Source of the DNA: Blastocladiella emersonii ATCC 22665 | Taxonomy: Eukaryota; Fungi; Blastocladiomycota | Direction: 5' to 3' | DNA: 64,000 nt | Assembly (NCBI GenBank): GCA_025594325.1 | Contig: JANHCV010000008.1 | Coordinates: 1,426,001-1,490,000 of the forward strand | In this document: positions 56,491 to 64,000 of the stretch, one piece after another | Layout: each line of letters starts with the position of its first letter | Position numbering within the stretch: the stretch's first letter is position 1 | Position numbers and translations under genes: made by a program | Notes under the pieces: model-generated | The model's database searches: none | What the model was told of the DNA's origin: nothing | The model's input: only the letters and a program-made list of their open reading frames with translations

Positions 56491-57284
56491 CTATCCCCCC
56501 CCTCCCCTCCTGTGGCGAGGGTCGGGGGCCGACGGGTGCGCGACGTGGAACTCGGCGAGCATCTCGAGGTGCTTGAGGTTCGCGTACGGCTCCCACGTGT
56601 TGTTGGTCTCGGGGCAGCCGTGCCACTTGACCAGGTACTCGACGCTGCGATCCAAAGCCGACCTGCGCGCGTCGACGATCGCCTCGACCGACCACTCCTC
56701 GCGCCCGTTGACGACGTACGGCGCCGGCGGCGGCAGCGTGCGGCCCAGGAACGTGTCCTCGTTGTGCGCGACCACCGGCTTGATGAGCGAGACGTGGAAC
56801 ACTGGGTGGACGCGCGCCATGGTTGGTGGCAGCTCGAGCTCAATGGCCGACTTGCGGATGAGGCGCACAATCTTGAGCGGCTCTGTGTACTTCTGCCCGA
56901 GCTTGGCCTTGGGCACGTCGACATGCAGGTTCTTGGTGCTCAGCAGCACCATGTCGCCGACCTTGTAGTCGGGGCCCTCGCGGCGGCGTCGGTCGGCGTG
57001 CTTCTTGTACAGCTGCTTGGCGCGCTTGACCTTCTCGAGCAGCTGGCCCTGGATGTCGGCGATGCGCTCGGCCAGCGCCGTGGCCGATGGGACCCGATCT
57101 GACCGGTCCGTCGCCGCTGCCAGCCGCGGGTCGAAGCCATAGTTGACCTTGAACGGCGTCTCGCCTGTCGACTTGTTGCGCGCGTTCTTGATGGCCATCT
57201 CGGCGTACGGCAGCAGCTCGACCCAGTTCGTCTGGTCCTCGTTGACAAACATGCGCAGGTACACCTCGAGGGTCTGGTTCATGC
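56339..57284 (-). mobile_element. 3' end of a second chromovirus family related to 25473-30763: integrase C-terminus, chromodomain, PPT, 3' LTR
   Basis: MNQTLEVYLRMF..YTEPLKIVRL..EYLVKWHGCPETNNTWEPY, close in protein sequence to the intact element; PPT at 56491-56511. Confidence 0.93.
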
Positions 57285-60200
57285 TCAAGGAGGTCCTTGA
57301 TCCAGATGATCTCGCGTGTCGCCTCAATGGCGGCGTTGAGTTCCAACTCGACTGTGGACAGGGCGACCCATGGTTGCCGCTTGGAGATCCACGCAACGGC
57401 GGCGCCCGCAATCGAGATGACAACACCCGTGGTCGAGCGGCACGTCGCCTTGTCGCCAGCGTAGTCGGCGTTGGCGTAGCAGCGCAGCGACTCGCTGATT
57501 GGGGCGCCGCGCACGTACTTGAGGCCGAGCTCGGGCGTGTTGGACACGTAGCGCGAGATCTGGGCGAGCAGCTTGCGGTCGGCAAACGTGGGGCATGACG
57601 CGCGGCGGGACGCGACGCCGACCGCGAACGAGATATCGGGTCGCAACACGGTGGCGAGGTGCAGCAGGGCGCCAAGGACTGACTGGTACTCGCGCGTACA
57701 ATTGGCGTCGAGCGTGCTGGTCGATTGAGTCGCTTCGACCTGCGACTTGTCATACTCCTTGTCGTTCTTGTCGCCGGGGTTTGGGACGCCGCCCTTGAGC
57801 CCAAGCGACGCGACCATGGAGTTGGTGAGCCCCGAGTCGGGCAGCTGCAAGATGGGTACTGACACGTTCGAGGGCTCGAGCTCCCACTGCTCGACGAGGC
57901 CCTTGATGTACCGCGACTGGCCGATCCAGATGTAGTCCTTGTGCTGCGCGATTTCCAGGTTCAAAAACGAGTTGGCGAGACCGAGGTCCTTGATGGCAAA
58001 GACCTTGGCGAGGTCGATCTTGACGCGCTCGCCCTGCTGCTTGTCGTCTCCACCGATGAGGAGGTCGTCAACGTAGCACACAATGTTGGTCACGGCGCCG
58101 TTGAGCATACGCGTGAACACGCACGGGTTGGCTGTGGTGCTCTTGAACCCAAGCTTCTCGACCTTGCGCGAAAAGAGGAGGAACCACTGGCGGCCGGCGT
58201 TCTTGAGCCCGTAGAGCGACTTCTTGAGCAGGAACACGTCGTTGGGAGCGGCGCCAACGCCCGGCGGCGGGTACATGTACGCGGGCTTTGGCAGCTCGGC
58301 GTGCACGTACGCATTCGACACGTCCATCAAGTGGATACGCCACCTGCGCGACGCGGCGACGGCGAAGAAGGTGCGGATTGACGCGTACGAGACCGTGGGC
58401 GAGTAGAAGTTCCCAACGTCGAGGCCGGCGCGCTGCTGGTCTCCTCGAGCAACGAGGCGCGCCTTGAAGATGTCCTTGGCGGCCTTATGCGCGTACACCC
58501 ACTGCGAGCCGATGATGCGCGCGTCGGCGGGGACCTCGTGCTTCTTGATCACGATCCAGGTGCCGTTCTTGATGAGCGCCATGAGCTCCGTGTTCTGCGC
58601 CTCGCGCCACCGTTTGTGGTGCGCTGATTGACACGCCTCGCGGTAGTTGCGCAGAACGTCAATGATTGTGAGGACGATCGACTGGAACGGCTGCTGCGTC
58701 GGTCGCCACGGTAGGTGCGCCAGCGGGGCCGCGTCAACGGCGTCGCGGAGCACGGCAGCTGGATCGAGTGGACGAGCGGGAGCAGCAATGGCGGCGGCGT
58801 CACCCGACGGCTTCTGGGCCTGGGCGGTCATGGCCTGGTCCTTGGCGACCTTGCGCAGCTTGCGGTTGACGGCCGTGGACTCGCGCGGGCTGCGGAACAG
58901 CGTCATGAGCGCGTAGTTCTCGGGCAGCGCAACGTTGGCCTGGCGCCGCGCGGTGGGCCGACCGCGGCTCGTCGTCACTGGGACATGACATGGTTCGAAG
59001 CTGTTCGTCTTGGGGTTGTAGATGAGGCCGTCAAACTCCTCGTGCTCGAGCTCGTCCACGGCGTTGTCGTCGTCCTCCAAATCCGACTTGGGCGTCGGCG
59101 AAACGGAGCAAGGAGCGGGAACCGACTCGGGTGCCGGCAGGTCGACGCGAGGATCAGGGGCCGACTTGGGCGTCGGCGGCGTGGTCGACTCGGGCGACGA
59201 CTGCTTGGGCATGGGAAGCGGGCGGTACTGCTTGAAGAACCGGTCGTCAAGCTCCTCCTTGTCGCCGTACCGCTTGTTGCCCTGGTCGTCAGCGAGCGGC
59301 GGCGGCGGAGCGTAGTTGTCATCGTCAGCGAGGCGGCGAGCGCCGTCGTCCTCGACGTGCTGCGTGTTGTAGTCCTTGAACAGGCGGTGGAACGCCTTGG
59401 CGCTGGACATGGCGCGCTTGACAAGGGCGCGCTCGTTGAAGATGGCGAGACAGACGCGCACAATGCGCCGCGTGCGCAAATTGAGCAAAATGTGGGTCTT
59501 GGCCTCGTCGTCGCCGTGGCCGAGGAAGATGTACGGGCGCGCCGTGGGCTGCAGCTTGTTGACGTGCGTGCCGTGCCGCGGCGGTGCGTACACGGTCACG
59601 CCCCACGCGCAGACGTTGGCGAGCTTCGGCACGCGACCCGTGAGGATCTTGTACAGCGTCTTCCACTTGAGGCCGGCGCGCGGCGTGCGCACGAACACGT
59701 AATTCGCGTGCTGCATCGCGATCCTTGGTGTACCCTTCCAGGTCGCAGTCAACGTGCTGGAGGTAGGCGCGGACGCGCTCGTTGAGCATGCGGATCAGGC
59801 GCTCGACCAAGCCGTTGCCCTTGTGGTGGCCGGGCGCCGTGGGCTTGAGCGTGATGCCCGTCTGGTTGCACCACTCAATGAAGTCAGTGCTGGTGAACGC
59901 GCCCTTGCCGTCGAGATGGAGGCGCTTGACCTGGTGCGACAGGTTCTTCTCGATGTGGGCGATGCGCTCGCGCAGCTTGCTGGCGGCGTTGGCCTTGGTG
60001 CGGAGCGGCACGACCCAGCTGAACTTGGAGAAGTCGTTGTGCACAATCATGGCGAACCGGTACCCATGCGTGAGCGACGGCACGCGCTTGAGGACGGCGA
60101 GGTTGACCTGCAGGAGCTTGAGCGGGACCTTGGACGTGTTGTCTGTCAACGGGAACGACTCAAACTGCGCCTTCAAGCACGCGCAGATCACGCAGAGATT

Positions 60201-60549
60201 GTCAAGCGTCGTGTTGGCAAGATGGCGCTGGTGCTTGTTGACGAGGCCGTACAGAGGGTCAAACAGCTTGAGCAGCGCGTCGCGGCTGGCGTGGTCAAAC
60301 CAAACGTGAGCCAGTGCAGCCGAAATGACAGCCTTGGCCTCGGTTCTTGAGAACAAGTGACGAGGACTGGTCGATGACGAGGACGATGCACCGGCGGCGG
60401 CGGCGGCTGCGGCGGAAGCCGGAGTTGGAGACGATGCGCTTTTGCCGGTGCCAGGCGCCAGGGTCGGGTCCGTGCTCTCTCCCCCTGTTTCGGCGAGAAC
60501 GGCGAGCGCGAGCGACAGGACACGACGCAGAGAATCACCACGCACGTCC

Positions 60550-60645
60550 GCTCCCCCAGCGTCGGCGGCGGACGGCAGGCGCGACAAGTCGGCTCCCCTG
60601 ACGTCGGCGGCGGACGGCAGGCGCGACGAGTTGGCTCCCCCAACA
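60550..60645 (-). repeat. 42-bp in-frame tandem repeats (SRLPSAAD) in the PR-IN linker
   Basis: GTCGGCGGCGGACGGCAGGCGCGAC twice with GGCTCCCC units. Confidence 0.8.
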
Positions 60646-61763
60646 GCGAGCGAGGAGTTGGCGGTGACTGACAAGCCGGCTCCCCCAACGACAGGCGGCG
60701 GGTTGGGCAGGAGCGTCGAGTTGGCAAGGAACGAGTCAACGAGGGTGACAAACACGCGCTAGTCGAGGCTGGGCGGCGGGTCGTACTTCTTGAAAGCGGC
60801 GGCGAGATCGTCAAAGTAGCCACCCGAGCGCACACCATTGAGGTCGGCGCGTACGGGGTCGGCAAAGTGTGGGTCGATGACAGGCGCGACTGCAGAGAAG
60901 GTGCCCGACAACGCGATGCCAAGAAGGACGGATGGGTCCATGACAATGTTGGCTGGGTGCCGGACGCGCGCGTTGGTGACAACGCGGGCGTTGAGGAGCG
61001 GCACCTTGCCGGCCTTCTCAAGCGAGATCTTGTGGGTGACGCAGCCGTCCCATGAGGTCAACAACGGGTCGCGCGCAATAATGGACACGGCGCCCTCACC
61101 CATCTCGACCTTGAACCCGCTGCCGGCGGCTGTGAGCACGCCGAGCAACACAATTGGGACAACGAGCTTGGGCACGTAGAAGACGTTCACAAACTTGATC
61201 CACACAGCGCTGCCCTCGACGGTGTTGCACATGAGCACCATCTCGCCCATGTGGGTGCAGGTGACGAACTCGCCCAACGCGGCGCGGATCCTGATTGGGG
61301 TGCGCAGCAGGCGCACGTTGCGCAGGTGCCGAAGGTTGGGCGTCATCGTGTTGGACGCGCCCGAGTCGCCGACGAGGAGCACCCGCTTGAGGCCATGGAA
61401 ACGGACAAGCTTCTCGTTGAGGCACTTTGGGTCGAGGAAGTGCTTGACCTTGCGGGGCCAAGAGGCAACAAGGTGCACAACGGCTGGTTGAGGGCGTTGG
61501 CGGGTGCAAGAACACGAGCGGGAACGAGAGCGGGGTCGCAAGCGGCCGCGTGATGCAGACCGTGGCGCTGATGCAGCGAGTGCCAACAATCGCGCGGGAC
61601 GCGAGTCCTGCGGCGGCGCCGGCGTGATGTCGATGAGCATGGCCTCGGGTTTGAGCGGGGCCAGCTTGCCCGCAGGAGCCGCCACGGGGGACGGGCCCGA
61701 AGCGGCGGCGGCAGGGACAGCAAGGTACATGGTCTCAGGGTCGGGTGGCAATGGTGGAGGTCG

Positions 61764-61817
61764 GGGAGCAGTAACCGGACGAGGCGCGGCACCTACTGCT
61801 CCCAACGCCCATTTCCC
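61764..61817 (-). promoter_or_regulatory. -1 ribosomal frameshift signal of the Copia element
   Basis: G GGA AAU (61817-61811) in gag phase, 7-nt spacer, perfect 10-bp stem GGGAGCAGUA/UACUGCUCCC with a 20-nt loop. Confidence 0.8.
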
Positions 61818-63811
61818 GACAACAAGGACAACAGCGACGGCTGGCCTGACAACAAGGGCGCGTACTTTTCCAGGTTCCAGCCTGGCTTCTGTCGCTGGGA
61901 CGGATGGAAGCCGGGCGGGGCGGGGCCGGACTTGTACCCGCGCCACTTTTGGGGTCCCTTGGCCAAGAACTCACCCCACGGACGCTCGGGGCAGTAGATC
62001 TCCGAGTGGCCGCGCTCGCCCTTATCTGGGTCGGCGACGAAACCGCACCAGTAGCACGCGCCGCCCGCGTCAGGCGCGGTCTTCTGCTTCTTCCCCTTGC
62101 GGGTGCCAAAGCGGTTACCCTTGGTCTTGCCCAAGCGCAACAAGCGCAACGAGCGCTCCTCCTTGTCCTCCAACAACGAGTTGGAGTCGTCAGCGCGGCT
62201 CTTGCGCTTGTTGACGCCAGTCAAGGGCTTGCGCAACAACGACAAGCGGCGAACAATGGGCCACGAGTCGCTGCCGAAGTGGGCAACGATCTTGGCGCAC
62301 AGCTTGGCAGTGGTGCTCGACTCGTTCACGGCTTTTGAGATGCAGCCGCGCGCGTAGTCGTTCTGCCCAGCGAACATGCCAATGACCAGGTCGCTGACCT
62401 CCTCAAAGCGGAGCGGCGAGTCAGGCAGGGTTGCGTCGAGCGTCTCAACACGAGACCCAAGCTCGTTGGCAAAGAACAGGGCCCCCGTATAGTCGGCGGG
62501 GTCCAGCGCGTGGAGGTGCTTACGGGCCGCCTTGCGGCGCTTGCGCGTGGCGCTTGGGTCTGCGCACTCCTGCAGGATGTACTTCCACACGTTGCAGGTG
62601 TGGACAAGGTGCGCGTAGTGGGTGCCCGTCTCAATGGAGCCAATCAGGCGGAGCAGCTTGTTGCAGAGCACGCAGTCAAGGTTGTTGAAGAAGACGATGC
62701 CAACGTTGTTGCCGAGGAAGACTGTGTCGTTGAGGTACGTGGGCGGGTGGTCGAGGAAACCGTGCTGGCGAGCAGCGAGCAGTTTGGCCTCAATGTCATC
62801 CTTGGGGAACGTGTGCCACCCCTTGGTGCGGACCCACTTGTACGTGTCAAGCGACGCGGGCATCTTGTTGGGCAGGAGGAGGGTCCAGTTGGTCGATGCC
62901 GCGGTCGGGTTGCCGGAGCCGGCGGCCGCAGCGGCTGAGGCGGAGAGCTGTTTGCAAAGCAGGCCGTCCGTGATCTTGAGCTTGCGCTGCAGCTTCTCGA
63001 CGTCAAGACAAGAGGACTCGAGCTCCTTGGTGAGCTTACCTAGCTCGAGCTTGGCGGCGTCGAGTTTCTTAGTTGCCTCGGTGGCCTTGGCCTCGGCGGC
63101 CATGGCCCTGGCCTTGGCGGCCGTGGTCTTCTCGGTGGCGATCTTGAGCTGGTCGTCGGCGACCTGCAGCTTGCATACGAGGTCGGCGTTGTTGCGCTGG
63201 GACTCGGCGAGGTCCATCTCAAAGCGCTTGGCCTCCGACTTGCTGTTGTTGCACTCCGGGATACCGTGACTGGCCAGGAAGGCCATGGCAGCAAGCGTGT
63301 GGCCCATGTCGTGGGGCAGCGGGGCGAACTCGTACGGCGGCGGGCGTACGGTGACGAGCTTCATGCCCAGCAGGACCAGGCCAAGCTTGAGGTAGTCATT
63401 GGGCTTCTTGGGCTCGACTGTCTCCAACGTTGAGGTCAGTGGCAACGGGATGAGGAACTCAAGCATCTTGGGCAGATTGTCAGGCGAGCAGACCAAGAGC
63501 GTCATGCCGTTGCGGATCACAACAAATTCGCCGTTGTCGGCCTTGTCCATGAGGGACGACGCGAGGGCCTGGCGGGACTGGCGGATGTGCTCGTCTGTGA
63601 GCTGGTTGGCGGGGAGCCCAGTAGCGGTGGTTGCGTGTTTGAGGACCATGTCGGGGGTTGGGACTATGAGGACGCGCTTCTCAGACTCGGCGCGAACCTC
63701 ATTGGCGAGCGACGGGACCATGTTGGTGGTCCTGAGACAAAGAAGGTCATGCAAAGACAAAGGTGAGCCACCAGTAACGCGGGAATCTCTCAACAATCGA
63801 GATCTGTACAT
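61793..63811 (-). CDS. gag: Copia Gag, up to 672 aa, with coiled coil and an expanded zinc knuckle
   Basis: Long open ORF upstream of PR; CYWCGFVADPDKGERGHSEIYC. The start codon is uncertain (ATG 63811 or a later ATG). Confidence 0.8.
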   Translation of the reverse strand: MYRSRLLRDSRVTGGSPLSLHDLLCLRTTNMVPSLANEVRAESEKRVLIVPTPDMVLKHATTATGLPANQLTDEHIRQSRQALASSLMDKADNGEFVVIRNGMTLLVCSPDNLPKMLEFLIPLPLTSTLETVEPKKPNDYLKLGLVLLGMKLVTVRPPPYEFAPLPHDMGHTLAAMAFLASHGIPECNNSKSEAKRFEMDLAESQRNNADLVCKLQVADDQLKIATEKTTAAKARAMAAEAKATEATKKLDAAKLELGKLTKELESSCLDVEKLQRKLKITDGLLCKQLSASAAAAAGSGNPTAASTNWTLLLPNKMPASLDTYKWVRTKGWHTFPKDDIEAKLLAARQHGFLDHPPTYLNDTVFLGNNVGIVFFNNLDCVLCNKLLRLIGSIETGTHYAHLVHTCNVWKYILQECADPSATRKRRKAARKHLHALDPADYTGALFFANELGSRVETLDATLPDSPLRFEEVSDLVIGMFAGQNDYARGCISKAVNESSTTAKLCAKIVAHFGSDSWPIVRRLSLLRKPLTGVNKRKSRADDSNSLLEDKEERSLRLLRLGKTKGNRFGTRKGKKQKTAPDAGGACYWCGFVADPDKGERGHSEIYCPERPWGEFLAKGPQKWRGYKSGPAPPGFHPSQRQKPGWNLEKYAPLLSGQPSLLSLLSGNGRWEQ

Positions 63812-64000
63812 GGTGGAGGTGCTTGTGGCCTGCTAGTGTGAACACTCGGAGCAGCTGGTCGGTACCGGAGGGTGGCGATGCAGAGAACTATGGACAAGCG
63901 AGGTGATCAAGAGTGAGTGAGCGGGTTCGGAAGTGAAGGAATGAAGGGCCCTTGCGTTGCGCAGCACCGCCTTGTCTTGTCCCACAGCCCAATCGTCCTG

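Larger units (their letters stand above)
57285..61817 (-). pseudogene. pol: Copia pol with in-frame TAG (60761-60759), a frameshift near 59750 and mutated catalytic residues
   Basis: ORFs 60759-61946 and 59325-60755 share a frame separated by one TAG; 56840-59752 is shifted. Integrase QVNL/HND/DGKGAF and RNase H YANADY lack the usual acidic residues. Confidence 0.88.
57285..64000 (-). mobile_element. Decayed Ty1/Copia retrotransposon (gag, PR, IN, RT, partial RNase H), 3'-truncated; probable 5' LTR from about 63837 to the window edge
   Basis: Order PR (DSGAS), IN (H..H..CVIC, NGLVER), RT (KARLVARG, LKKSLYGLKNA, YVDDLL), RH (RSTTG, STVELE). Confidence 0.95.

Noticed and set aside
60759-60761. 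Programmed readthrough of the TAG between protease and integrase
   Set aside because: The context UAG CGC GUG is not a CARYYA-type signal, and the same pol has another frameshift and dead catalytic sites, so decay is simpler.

Overview
This is GC-rich eukaryotic DNA. Short GT..CTRAC..YAG introns and the Sec62 and phosducin sequences point to a fungus, plausibly an early-diverging lineage such as Allomyces (inference). About 58 kb is a TE- and paralog-rich compartment. Its mobile elements are one intact, young Ty3/Gypsy chromovirus (25473-30763; identical 174-bp LTRs, CGAAG TSD, self-priming-type PBS, -1 frameshift signal), two decayed Gypsy fragments, a Ty1/Copia element with a canonical -1 frameshift signal whose RNase H is joined directly to a Gypsy 3' end, a non-autonomous CACTA/CMC-like element and a MITE. 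It also holds several lineage-specific, mostly frameshifted gene families: one with a putative catalytically dead Ulp1-like domain, a possibly F-box-like family, a gag-derived family, DUF4470 and LRR genes, plus a stranded acetyl-CoA carboxylase fragment. A compact block of four conserved-looking genes lies at 48054-53747 (SEC62, a coiled-coil protein, PLP2/PDCL3, an IQ-motif protein). No rRNA, tRNA or CRISPR array was seen. All domain calls are by eye, with no database searches.
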